Shown piece after piece: positions 52,229-62,491 of a stretch of DNA of 64,000 nt (its first letter is position 1; each line of letters opens with the position of its first letter). Source of the DNA: Meyerozyma guilliermondii (taxonomy: Eukaryota); NCBI GenBank assembly GCA_051546255.1, contig CP128817.1, forward strand, positions 744,001-808,000. The letters run 5' to 3'. The position numbers were made by a program, and so were the translations under genes. Under the pieces are notes generated by a model. The model was not told the DNA's origin and did not search any database. It worked only from the letters and a program-made list of their open reading frames with translations.

Positions 52229-52301
52229 GAAAAATTTTATGAGGTTCGCGGGTGAAAAAATCAGCGACACAAAACCGCAAGGGCACAGCCCTCGCACGTG
52301 A
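52229..52301. promoter_or_regulatory. RPL27 promoter: RRPE-like element, Tbf1-like palindrome and Cbf1 E-box
   Basis: GAAAAATTTT at 52229; AGGGC-ACA-GCCCT at 52280-52292; CACGTGA at 52295. Confidence 0.55.
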
Positions 52302-53357
52302 GGATACATACAGGAAAATTGCAACCAGTTGAGCCAAAGGATTATACCCCAACTTGGTTCATTAGTTACTAATTTGATCGTTCCTAATAATAAGACACAC
52401 TTTCTTGATTTTTATCTTGAAATATTGGAGTATTAGAATCTCATTGACAATATGAGATTAAAGTATTTGACTATCCCAATTACTAGGGCTTTGAGCAGAA
52501 GAATTGCACAAGCGACTCGTAGTTCGGTTACTATTCTTGGTACCTTTGGCACTTTACTCGCTCAAGAGTTCAGAAAGCTGCTGAAATGCAAACTCGTCAA
52601 TAACTTTTGCAACTCACTACCTGTATGCACCAAGCTGAGTTCTCTTATTTATCTATGACCAATTTCGCTTTTACGGTTTATGAACGTTTCGACTGCTTGC
52701 CTATTCTATTTCTAGGAAATGGCGTATTGACATCTGCGTCGCACAGCTTATGGATATAAGGTTGCTGCAGCCGGATTAATTTGACTGCGAATTCGGAAAA
52801 TTAAGCCACACTTGAATCTTGGCACTTCTATTGAACTGGTTACGAGTTTCCAAAAATAGCAAATTTTCTCATTTCAATAGGTTGATTTCATCGAACTGAA
52901 TTTGAGCCCACGGCCGGTTGTGAGCTACCTGTTGGTTATTCTGGAGTTGACTAAACTCTCCTATATGACGTAGATATGCATGGCCATGTGATGTCTCACC
53001 TGTGTGCAGGTTATCTGACGTGAGGCGCGAGCGGCTCTGACAGGTCAAGAGGATAGCGAATATTGCTTGGCGAAAACGAGAAAAGGAAAGAACAATAAAC
53101 TGTCACTTTAAGCATTTACTATATGAGAATGGGTTGATCGACTGAGGTGATCTTGGATCTTTTTGAGTCCTCTGAGACACTTCCATGCGTCAGTCGGCCG
53201 AAAATAGCAACCTTGCTACGCTCGGACGCATCGGTTGCAGCTATGTTGCATCACCGTATAAAGTCATCTGCTAGTGAAAAATCGAGGCGAAACGTGACCG
53301 AAAGTTTATTTCTTTCCCCATTCCATTTTCAAAATTAACCCTCTTTAGCTTTACACC

Positions 53358-55073
53358 ATGAGTAAAGAGATCCAGAAGATGGAAAGGGAGATATCCCACA
53401 TTGAGCAAGACAAACCATTACCCAAAGACCCGTATGAGAGTGATGAAACGGCTAAAAATAACGATTATTTTGTTGAAAAAGGCAAACTTGAGGCCGAAGT
53501 AGCACAGAACAAGGAGCAGGATAATCAAGCGTCAAGACCTAAAGCAGTGAAGAGAGGAACCAGCAAACGGTTTCCTGGAGTTTGGCATGAGGACGGAAGA
53601 CGTGAGTTACGTGAGAAGGACTGTTATGAGGCACTTGGATATTCGTTTCCTTGGTACAAAAAGTGGATGATTTTGTCTATCATTTTCGCAGTCCAAGTAT
53701 CGATGAACTTCAATACCAGTGTGTATCCAAGTGCCATTCCTTTAATCTCTGAATACTGGGGCATTGGTTTGCAAAAAGTCAGGGTATCCCAAATGATATT
53801 CCTTGTTTGTTATGCCTTTGGATGCGAACTTTGGGCTCCTTGGTCCGAGGATTATGGTCGTTGGCCCATCATGCAATTGAGTTTATTTCTTGTGAACATT
53901 TGGCAAATCTTGGGTGGTCTTGCTCCAAACTTTGCAACTGTTGTCATTGCAAGAGCCTTAGGTGGTTTCTCGTCTGCTGGTGGTTCCGTTACTTTGGGAA
54001 TGACGGCCGACATGTGGGAACCTCAAGAACAGGGTTTTGCCGTGGCATTTGTCGTGCTTTCGTCAGTGGGTGGTTCGGCTGTTGGTCCTATCTTTGGAGG
54101 ATTGATGCAAGACCATCTTCACTGGAGATGGAACTTTTGGATCCAGTTGATCTTTGGAGGAGTGGTTCAAATTGCTCACTTCTTCTTGGTTTCGGAAACG
54201 AGATCCAGTGTTATGGTGGATAATGAAGCCAAGAGAAGACGTAAGAGTGGCCAGGATAAGAATGTCTACGGTCCAAGCGAAATTCACGGTCATAATATAA
54301 GTTTCAAAGAAGTGCTCAGAATCTGGCGCCGTCCCTTTGAGATGTTCTTGACCGAACCAATCGTGTTGTGTCTTTCCCTTCTTTCTGGTTTCTCTGACGC
54401 CTTGATTTTCATCTGTATGGAGTCGTTCACTCTTGTTTACCAGCAGTGGAATTTCTCTGCCACGGCATGTGGTCTTGCGTTTATTCCAGTCATCATTGGC
54501 TACTTCATTGCTTATGGTATACATTTGCCAGACGTCTGGAGACAGCAGTATCTAACAGAAACGTACGGCGAAGGATCAAGGTTTGCTGAGAGAAGACTTC
54601 TTCTTCTCTTATACATTGCACCTTTAGAAGCCATCGGGTTATTTGGATTTGCCTGGACAAGTATGGGCCCAGATTACAATCCTTGGATTGCACCCATGAT
54701 CTTCACCTCATTAATTGCAATTGCCAATTACAGTATCTACATGTCGACTATAGATTACATGGTGGCCGCATATGGACCATATTCTGCATCAGCTACAGGC
54801 GGTAATGGCTTTGCTCGTGACTTTTTGGCTGGTATTGCAGCCATGTACTCCACGCCTTTGTACAACAATATTGGGCGTAAGAGACACTTACAGTGGGCTA
54901 GTACGTTGTTAGGTTGCTTGGCTATGTTGGTTGCAATTCCTATTTACATCTTTTACTGGAAGGGCCCACAAATTAGAGCGAAGAGTAAGTTTGCACAAAC
55001 TTTGGCAGCTGATAGAAAACTTAAGGACGAAGCTTCTTCTGATGAAGAAGATGACAATGAAGTGAGAGTTTAA
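53358..55073 (+). CDS. MFS drug:H+ antiporter (DHA1-type, about 12 TM)
   Basis: WAPWSEDYGRWP, ARALGGFSS, GPIFGG, WRWNFW, RRPFEMFLTEPIV, SASATGGN motifs. Confidence 0.9.
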   Translation: MSKEIQKMEREISHIEQDKPLPKDPYESDETAKNNDYFVEKGKLEAEVAQNKEQDNQASRPKAVKRGTSKRFPGVWHEDGRRELREKDCYEALGYSFPWYKKWMILSIIFAVQVSMNFNTSVYPSAIPLISEYWGIGLQKVRVSQMIFLVCYAFGCELWAPWSEDYGRWPIMQLSLFLVNIWQILGGLAPNFATVVIARALGGFSSAGGSVTLGMTADMWEPQEQGFAVAFVVLSSVGGSAVGPIFGGLMQDHLHWRWNFWIQLIFGGVVQIAHFFLVSETRSSVMVDNEAKRRRKSGQDKNVYGPSEIHGHNISFKEVLRIWRRPFEMFLTEPIVLCLSLLSGFSDALIFICMESFTLVYQQWNFSATACGLAFIPVIIGYFIAYGIHLPDVWRQQYLTETYGEGSRFAERRLLLLLYIAPLEAIGLFGFAWTSMGPDYNPWIAPMIFTSLIAIANYSIYMSTIDYMVAAYGPYSASATGGNGFARDFLAGIAAMYSTPLYNNIGRKRHLQWASTLLGCLAMLVAIPIYIFYWKGPQIRAKSKFAQTLAADRKLKDEASSDEEDDNEVRV

Positions 55074-55189
55074 TAAGCATTGAAATCCATGATGGAATAT
55101 GATAAATAAATTTATACATTGAAAGAACATATACATTGAGGGAAAAGCTACTTTGATTTGCCTTACCGAAGCATAAATGTATATTGATG

Positions 55190-58100
55190 CTATTTTTTGC
55201 GTGTGCTTCTTGCCAACATCTTTGACGCCAGCTGACCAGCAGGCTTTTGACCTTGGGGTGGTTTGATTCGTATGTATGATTTTGAGCCGTTTTCTTTCGA
55301 AAAGCTAGACCTCCTATTATCCGTGGTGGGAGATTGAGCACTATGTGACACAGCTAGTTGAGCTGCATGCAACATACCACTTTCACTATTGGCCGTAGGT
55401 GATGAAAGACCAGTAGACATGTCAAGGCCGTTTGTTGAAACTGAGACAGGTGGTGGTTTGCGCTTGGTAGATTTTGAGCGTAACTTTGCTGCCATAAAGC
55501 TTTCTTTTTTGTGTTCACCTTCTCCAGATCGCCTTGAAGGTGGAGGTGGAGGAGGAGCTGAATCCGTAGGAGGAGGAGGAGGAGGAGGAGGAGGAGCACG
55601 ATCCGAAGGAGGTGGAGGAGCTGGTGACGAAGTTTGACGACCTTTATCATTAGCGAAAACAGGAGCATCCATCAACGTAGGAGATTCCTGAGGAGTCCTA
55701 CGCCCACTCATCAGTCCCAGTGCCAGAGATCTATCCAGAGAAGACTTTTGTCTTTCAAGCTGATTGAGCTTTGACCTAGCTAAAGCGTCAGTCCATTGGC
55801 CCACTTCGAACTGTTCAACCTCACAAACGAAAGAGGTGTTAGTTGACATGATGACAAAGGTGCCTGTGCTTGGAATAAGTTTCTGGAGCTTGCTTGCACC
55901 GCTGGAGATCAACTCTTTGAAACGAACAAATGGATAGTAGAGTTTAATCTCGCTTATGAGTTTGTAGTTGGCATCGGCATCATTTCTAAAGAAGATAAGA
56001 GCCCTGCCATGAGTCGTGACCAACAATGTACAAGTTCGAGACTTCTCTAAAGGGTGGTGTCTCACTGGCTTGGCGGAGGAATCTGCCGAGTCAGATTTAT
56101 CTCCATGAGACAATAATTTTTTGAAGAGCGATTTGCCAGTTTTCTCAGAAGCACCGCTGCTTTTCCCACTGCTTTCTGTACCTCTAGACGAAGATGTTTC
56201 TTCGATTTCGTAGTAAGTAACTATTGCCTCGCTCTCATCTGTTGCATCGATGGGTTCTTCCGTCGAAACAGAGGTGTTTGCTCCGCCTCTTAAGCCGACA
56301 CCACTATTCACAACCTGAGAAAGAAGACTGCTCCCACGTTGTCTACTTGACATTCCAAGAGGCGAGTCGTGCAAGGAGCCTTTATGCTTTCTTTCGTACA
56401 CCTCTGTAGCATGCTTGCTGCAAATAACTGGTCCGATTCGAAGGATGCGTTCATCAGGATGATTTAAGTAAGCGTTCCAAGCAACCTCAGCGGCGCTAAG
56501 TTTCGTGACTTCCATGACATTTGATTTAGTGGGCTGCTTCGTCAGTCTTGATGACTTACGGCTAGCGGTCGAGGATCGGGAAAATGATTGCCTTGTTTTA
56601 ATTTGCGGCCGCAAGATGTTTGTTCCCGGGATATAATCCGGCAATGGTGCTTGTCTATTTTGTCTTGGTTTGCCATTAACAGGCTTGGAGCTTCGAGGGC
56701 GGTCCGAGATTTCTGAAGTTTCACCGGACTCATCATCGGAATTGGCATCTTTCTTGCCGTAGACGAAAGCCGCAACACTTGCTGCATTCACTCGAGTAGC
56801 ATCTGCACCAGATTTTGGAGCTGCTGGACTATCACTGGCCACCCTCTTTTGTGTATAAGTCGAAGAAGGTTGTCTCTTTGTGATATGAGGTTGCGAAGAT
56901 GATTTCGAAATGACAGGAATAGTTGTCATTGACTTGGCGCTCATCTTGTAGGGACCAAGTTCCGGAACTGGGGCCTGCCAGATTGCATCCGGATCATCGA
57001 AATTGACAGATTCAAAAAAGTAATGCTTTTGTATAGTGGGAATGGTTGCACGACGTGAAGGTTGAAGCACCAATATCTGCTTGATCAAATCTCTTAAAAC
57101 CATAGGAAAGCCAGCGCTGAACGCATATTGAAGCTTGGTGATTTTTTGGAATGTCAAGTATTCATTAGTAGCCTTAAATGGCGGCTTTCCCGCAACCATT
57201 TGATATACAATGCATCCAAATGCCCAAATATCACCGGGCTTTCCACAATATTTGCTTTCAAGAAGTTCTGGGGACACATATTCAGCCGTTCCCACAAACG
57301 ACTTTGCTCTAACGTCAAGCGGGTACTCTTCACTTTCGTCATTTTTCTTCTCTAGAAGCCGGGCAGTTCCAAAGTCAGTGATCTGGATCCGGAGTTTATC
57401 GTCTAAAAGGATGTTTTCTGGCTTGATATCTCTGTGAATCACACCATTATCATGCATGTACTTGATTGCGGACAAGATCTGGGCTCCAAAATGGCGAACA
57501 CATTCCTCGTTCAAGGTGTTGTACTTTTTGATCAACGTCAACAACTCTCCGTTGGAAGCATAGTCGAGCACAAAATAGAGCCTAGCTTTGTCTTGGAATG
57601 TAAAGTAGAGCGAAATGATACCCATTTGATTACTCAAACGGTTCAACGCATGCTTTTCGATATTGACGTACTTTACCTTCTTTTCCTTGATTATGTGCCG
57701 TTTATCGAGAACCTTCACCGCATATTGCTTGTTGCTGTGCTTATCTCTGGCTAAAACCACCTGTGAGTACGAACCCTCTCCGATATGTTCGCCGAATTCG
57801 AAATCCTGAACCGTTCGTTTTATGACTCGAACCGAGTTACCTGACAGTACAGTTTTCACTGCAGCACCCCTTTCAGCCCAGTCGTCGTCTTTTTGGGAAC
57901 TGGCAAATGACCCACTATTAATATTGGGTGTATCGGGATCAACGATGTCACGGAATTGAGCTTCCGTGGAGGGAGTGTCCAACAAAACGTTGAGCGAGGA
58001 GTTTGTTTGTGCTCCTCGTGGAGTAAAGTCAAACGACGACGATGAATTGGGGGTCTGGGGTTCACTTTGGACCACTTTGGGCTCGTCACTAAGTTGTAAC

Positions 58101-58318
58101 GACGATAATCGAGAAGAAATGTGCACCGGAGGAATGACATGAGGATGGCCTAGTCGGGTTGGACCAGCGGGTCTGGGTCCGTAAGCGGGAACTGCGTTGG
58201 TAATCGAGTCCAAGGTGTCCACACTTCCATTGCTATGAGAATTGGCATTATAAATCTCGTCAAGATCGTTCTGTAAATCTTCCAAAAAGTTGCTGGTGTT
58301 GTGTGACGGTTCTGACAT
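55190..58318 (-). CDS. PKH2: PDK1-like Ser/Thr kinase Pkh1/Pkh2
   Basis: GEGSYS, KEKKVKYVNIEK, HRDIKPEN, DFGTA, SFVGTAEYVSPE; PH-like C-terminal region and a polyproline tract. Confidence 0.9.
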   Translation of the reverse strand: MSEPSHNTSNFLEDLQNDLDEIYNANSHSNGSVDTLDSITNAVPAYGPRPAGPTRLGHPHVIPPVHISSRLSSLQLSDEPKVVQSEPQTPNSSSSFDFTPRGAQTNSSLNVLLDTPSTEAQFRDIVDPDTPNINSGSFASSQKDDDWAERGAAVKTVLSGNSVRVIKRTVQDFEFGEHIGEGSYSQVVLARDKHSNKQYAVKVLDKRHIIKEKKVKYVNIEKHALNRLSNQMGIISLYFTFQDKARLYFVLDYASNGELLTLIKKYNTLNEECVRHFGAQILSAIKYMHDNGVIHRDIKPENILLDDKLRIQITDFGTARLLEKKNDESEEYPLDVRAKSFVGTAEYVSPELLESKYCGKPGDIWAFGCIVYQMVAGKPPFKATNEYLTFQKITKLQYAFSAGFPMVLRDLIKQILVLQPSRRATIPTIQKHYFFESVNFDDPDAIWQAPVPELGPYKMSAKSMTTIPVISKSSSQPHITKRQPSSTYTQKRVASDSPAAPKSGADATRVNAASVAAFVYGKKDANSDDESGETSEISDRPRSSKPVNGKPRQNRQAPLPDYIPGTNILRPQIKTRQSFSRSSTASRKSSRLTKQPTKSNVMEVTKLSAAEVAWNAYLNHPDERILRIGPVICSKHATEVYERKHKGSLHDSPLGMSSRQRGSSLLSQVVNSGVGLRGGANTSVSTEEPIDATDESEAIVTYYEIEETSSSRGTESSGKSSGASEKTGKSLFKKLLSHGDKSDSADSSAKPVRHHPLEKSRTCTLLVTTHGRALIFFRNDADANYKLISEIKLYYPFVRFKELISSGASKLQKLIPSTGTFVIMSTNTSFVCEVEQFEVGQWTDALARSKLNQLERQKSSLDRSLALGLMSGRRTPQESPTLMDAPVFANDKGRQTSSPAPPPPSDRAPPPPPPPPPTDSAPPPPPPSRRSGEGEHKKESFMAAKLRSKSTKRKPPPVSVSTNGLDMSTGLSSPTANSESGMLHAAQLAVSHSAQSPTTDNRRSSFSKENGSKSYIRIKPPQGQKPAGQLASKMLARSTRKK
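55568..55594. repeat. (AGG)9 microsatellite, read as (CCT)9 poly-Pro in PKH
   Basis: Perfect trinucleotide run. Confidence 0.9.
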
Positions 58319-58543
58319 GATTTACCAGGTGTGAAATGATGTTTGGTGAAAAATAAATGATGCTATACTTCAAAAATACCCTGGTTCAATTGCGCAACAC
58401 CATAGCCGTGCCAAAAACTTTGATGTGATGGCGTGTAAGGATAGGGTCAAGAATTCCAAGTTTGGGTTACCGGGTTGCGAGTCCGGCACACAGGCCTCAA
58501 CCGGGGGAACACCGCCATGACGCCGTCGGTTCTTTGGACCGCA

Positions 58544-58551
58544 TCACGTGA
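58544..58551. promoter_or_regulatory. Cbf1-type E-box in the PKH/AVO1 divergent promoter
   Basis: TCACGTGA within ATCACGTGAC. Confidence 0.55.
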
Positions 58552-58621
58552 CTATCTTCACGCATATCAGGAATCCATCAGGGCAGATCTGGATCTATAA
58601 GTGCCATAATTATTCGCAGCC

Positions 58622-61420
58622 ATGGCATTTCCCCGAGATAGTGGCCATGTGGTATCGTATCTTCGTGCGCTATACATGACACATGCTGAAGCTGATATGT
58701 CCAATACCATTTTCATGGTTCCTCCTCCTGTCCATGGCGTTAAAGAAGACTTGTTTCACGATATATATCAGCCGGATTCGCCGCCAATTACGTTTAATAT
58801 GCTGGACCACTTAAACAGAGCTACCAAGAGGCACCAGCAGAAGCCAGGAAGGGGATTGACTGGAAACAAGATCAGAAGACGTAAAAAGGGGCCGAAGAGA
58901 GAGAAAGGTAGAAACAAAGGTGGTCCACAAAATGGCAAGAAACCGCCGGTTGAGTCGGAAACGAAGACAGTCGTTGATGTGGAAGATGCTGGATCAGATA
59001 CAGAAGAAGGTAGCACGGAAAAGGTGAATTCGCTGGATATTTCCGATCCCTCATCAACTGAAAGAAAGAAGAGCAAAACTAGTTCCAAAACCTCCAAGAA
59101 CATGGCCAGATTTGTCCCACGATTGAGGTTTGTCAATCCGTACCAACAGAAAGGCTCAGAGCATGATCTTGAACTAATTGAAGAGGAGACTCACGATGCA
59201 CAATCGACTCAACAGCAGCATATTTCAGATGGAGATGAAAATGACGACACAAATACGATAAAAGAGTCTTATTTGGTCCCAGGTGGATTCGAAACAGGCT
59301 CAAGTGCCAGCTTGGCATTGCCCGAAAGAAATCGTCAAAGCCCGTCTGAGTTCTCGATTTCTTCCAACGAAGCCCAGAACCTACAAACGAACGATGATGA
59401 ATCTGACACTACCGAATTAAACGACGATGACACTTTCGATTACGATTATGACGACGAAGACGAAGACGATGAAGAGGACGATGATGACGACGACTTTGAC
59501 GAAGATGAAGAAGCAGATGATGTCTCGTCCAGCGATTCAGCATTTACTGATATCGAGGCCGATTCCGTTATCGATTCTTCTCTTTTATACCCCTTTGACA
59601 ATGAAAGCGGTTTTCCATTTGATAACAACAACGTTCTTGAATCCAAGAGATCACGACGGAAGAAACTGCGGATGAACTCATATGAGGAAAATAACGACTC
59701 TTCCGGAACAAGCAGAATAAACTCACAGGCTGGTTCTATGAGTGGCACTCTGCCCATCAAGCGGTCCAAATCAGTTCAGTTCAGGGGCCAATTTATCATC
59801 GAAAAGGTGGAGCCCCGTCAAACGTCCCAACTCTCTTCGAATTTAAGCTCTTTGATATCTTCCAAGGCAAGTAGCACAGACAGAAACCCTCTTGAATACT
59901 TTGGCTTTGTTGGAAATCTGGGCGGAAACATTGTGAAAATCAGTATCTACCTCCCACCTAGTACTTCACCCACCTTTAGTGTGACAGTCAATTCTAGTGT
60001 CGCAGTTTCAGATTGCATTGGCTTCATTCTTTTGAATTTGTTTAAGGAAGAGAAGCTTTCCGTTCTTGAGGAAATGCAGTATATGAACCCCAACTTTTGG
60101 CGACTCGAACTAGTTGACGAGGATGGAGAAAATTATGGCTCATTTGGAATACTAGACCGTACCAGATTGTTGTCATCTTATAACAACCCAAGCGAGTTGG
60201 CTCTTTGCAAGATATCGAACGAAGGGGAATATAAACGCAACGAGCAGCAGTCCCCGCTCCCAATGGAGTTTCTGCTGGCTCTCGAAGAATACAAACGAAA
60301 TCAGAACTTGCATAGAATTGAGGACCAAACAAGTCCTACAAAGGACAAAGAAGGACTTTTGACAGAAATCAAGATTCTTCGGAGCGTTCAAAGTGTCAAG
60401 TTTCCCCAGTATGAAATTTTTACAATTTTTCTCCCAGCTTATTCGACAGTTCAGGATGCTTTAAATGAGTACTGTTCTCTTCATGGGTTGGATCCCTCTC
60501 GACATAGTTTACGAGAAATGTTTCTGTCTGGAATGACTAGCAGCCGCCATCCGCAAGCCACCTTGGACAAACACGATCTTACCAGTCCAAGCGCTTGGGA
60601 GATGGGTCGGGTACTTTCCAAGTCAGAAGTCATCACCAATACCACAGAAGCTTTTGAGATTGTAACAGAGGATAACAATTTCATATCTGTTGGTAACGAA
60701 ACGTTTTTGAATGCTGGTATAACCCCTGCTTTATCAACACCGTTACGAGACTCTCCTCAGGCACAGCTTTCCAGCACATTTAAGTCCATGTCGATGGATG
60801 AAGGACACACGAAGGAAAACACTGCAACAAAAAGAGCAACACAAGGGCCAGGTGGGAACCAAAAGAAGAACAACGAGAAGGACCTCATGGTCTTGGATGA
60901 GATTATTCGTGGTAAAAACCTGGATCTTCCTACTAATCTCAACACAGTTTACTTCAAGTGGAAGGTGTGGAGAAGAAAAGCAACGCTTTTGAACAGACTT
61001 GAAAAGTCGCTAATAATCGATGGTGATTACATCCATCTAGCACCTTCAGATGAAGCTGCTTGGAAGGTGAATCCAAACGAAAACTCACTAGTTCCTGGAA
61101 TGCAACATAGCGGTTCGACGCATTATCACAACTACCTTCATCATTACAATTACAGCAACTATTACAATAAGCTGATGATGAAAACCAGTTCTTTCCATGT
61201 CACTCAAATCGTCAAACTCAAGCGTTATCCGAACAAAAGTCCGAACCATTTTAAAATCGTGGTTAACAAGCAACCAGGAAAGACTCCTGTCAAAGAGCGC
61301 GACTCCAATCTCAAAAAGAAATACGATCTCGAAGCAAGTAGCCCGTCTGAGTGTGAAGAGATCATCGAGAAGATCAAGTGGGTTTTGCAGGTGTACAACA
61401 TGAGTAACCTCAATGCCTAA
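58622..61420 (+). CDS. AVO1: TORC2 subunit Avo1/Sin1
   Basis: CRIM domain (VSDCIGFIL, NPNFWRLELVDEDGE), C-terminal PH domain (YFKWKVWRR, LIIDGDYIH, KKYDLEA), acidic tract. Confidence 0.9.
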   Translation: MAFPRDSGHVVSYLRALYMTHAEADMSNTIFMVPPPVHGVKEDLFHDIYQPDSPPITFNMLDHLNRATKRHQQKPGRGLTGNKIRRRKKGPKREKGRNKGGPQNGKKPPVESETKTVVDVEDAGSDTEEGSTEKVNSLDISDPSSTERKKSKTSSKTSKNMARFVPRLRFVNPYQQKGSEHDLELIEEETHDAQSTQQQHISDGDENDDTNTIKESYLVPGGFETGSSASLALPERNRQSPSEFSISSNEAQNLQTNDDESDTTELNDDDTFDYDYDDEDEDDEEDDDDDDFDEDEEADDVSSSDSAFTDIEADSVIDSSLLYPFDNESGFPFDNNNVLESKRSRRKKLRMNSYEENNDSSGTSRINSQAGSMSGTLPIKRSKSVQFRGQFIIEKVEPRQTSQLSSNLSSLISSKASSTDRNPLEYFGFVGNLGGNIVKISIYLPPSTSPTFSVTVNSSVAVSDCIGFILLNLFKEEKLSVLEEMQYMNPNFWRLELVDEDGENYGSFGILDRTRLLSSYNNPSELALCKISNEGEYKRNEQQSPLPMEFLLALEEYKRNQNLHRIEDQTSPTKDKEGLLTEIKILRSVQSVKFPQYEIFTIFLPAYSTVQDALNEYCSLHGLDPSRHSLREMFLSGMTSSRHPQATLDKHDLTSPSAWEMGRVLSKSEVITNTTEAFEIVTEDNNFISVGNETFLNAGITPALSTPLRDSPQAQLSSTFKSMSMDEGHTKENTATKRATQGPGGNQKKNNEKDLMVLDEIIRGKNLDLPTNLNTVYFKWKVWRRKATLLNRLEKSLIIDGDYIHLAPSDEAAWKVNPNENSLVPGMQHSGSTHYHNYLHHYNYSNYYNKLMMKTSSFHVTQIVKLKRYPNKSPNHFKIVVNKQPGKTPVKERDSNLKKKYDLEASSPSECEEIIEKIKWVLQVYNMSNLNA

Positions 61421-61474
61421 GAAATGGATTTGCAACTATATGTACTGCATGTACGTCCCTGCATTGGGTGCCTT

Positions 61475-61482
61475 CTCATCGC
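61475..61482 (-). promoter_or_regulatory. PAC element upstream of REX4
   Basis: CTCATCGC (=GCGATGAG) 31 bp before the ATG of a ribosome-biogenesis gene. Confidence 0.6.
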
Positions 61483-61513
61483 ATCTGTAGGTTTGATAAA
61501 TATTTAGGGCGGC

Positions 61514-62446
61514 ATGACAGAATTATCTCTGAACTGGAAGCGTCTTAGCACAGCGATTCTGCTGAATACTACAAGAAAGCGAAAAGAAGCCTCTAAAGAA
61601 CGAAATAAGAACAAATCAATAGCATCTGCACGGATTCACACGAATAAGAAAGTGAGCAAAGACAACATAAATGGTAACGAACTGTCACATTCCAAGCTTT
61701 TGAGCAAGAAAACCAGCCCCAAAATCATACAGAAAAAGGTCACTGATATCCTCCAAAAAGCTGCATCTGAAAAACCAGCAAACTCACAAAGTCTGGAATT
61801 GGCTGCAAAGCCCACCTCACTAATTGCAAGAGCACTTTGGGATTTTGACCGAGGTATTACAGTGGAAGATATTCACAATGTGGTGTTGAGTAAACAGCCA
61901 TCAGCTCTGACACCACGCAAAAAAGATATAGGAAAGTATGTTGCACTTGATTGCGAATTTGTTGGTGTTGGACCGGAAGGCACCGAATCTGCATTAGCCA
62001 GAGTATCGTTTGTGAACTTTTATGGCCACGTTATCTACGACCGTTTTGTTAGGCCGAGAGAGAAAGTAACCGACTGGAGAACATGGGTCAGTGGTGTTAC
62101 GGCGCAACATATGACAGATGCCATAAGCTTTGATGAAGCGCAGAAAGAAGCTTCGAAAATACTCGAAACCCGGATCTTAATCGGCCATGCTGTTCACCAC
62201 GATTTGGATTCGTTGTTTCTCTCGCATCCAAGGTTTCAGATACGAGACACGTCCAAATTTGGCCCTTTTCGTGCCATATCAAATGGTCGAACTCCAAGCT
62301 TGAAAAAGTTGATAAAACATTTTTTGAAGATGGATATTCAAGACGGATCCCATTCGTCTGTCGAGGATGCCCAGGCAACCATGCTCCTTTACAGGCTACA
62401 CAGAGACACTTTCGAAAAGAGCATACGTTCAACTACAGCTAAGTAA
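61514..62446 (+). CDS. REX4: DEDDh RNA exonuclease 4
   Basis: LS(S)NWK N-terminus, [24 protein letters not shown]. Confidence 0.95.
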   Translation: MTELSLNWKRLSTAILLNTTRKRKEASKERNKNKSIASARIHTNKKVSKDNINGNELSHSKLLSKKTSPKIIQKKVTDILQKAASEKPANSQSLELAAKPTSLIARALWDFDRGITVEDIHNVVLSKQPSALTPRKKDIGKYVALDCEFVGVGPEGTESALARVSFVNFYGHVIYDRFVRPREKVTDWRTWVSGVTAQHMTDAISFDEAQKEASKILETRILIGHAVHHDLDSLFLSHPRFQIRDTSKFGPFRAISNGRTPSLKKLIKHFLKMDIQDGSHSSVEDAQATMLLYRLHRDTFEKSIRSTTAK

Positions 62447-62491
62447 TCATGAGCATTATATATCTATCAATTTTGGCATAATATACATAAC

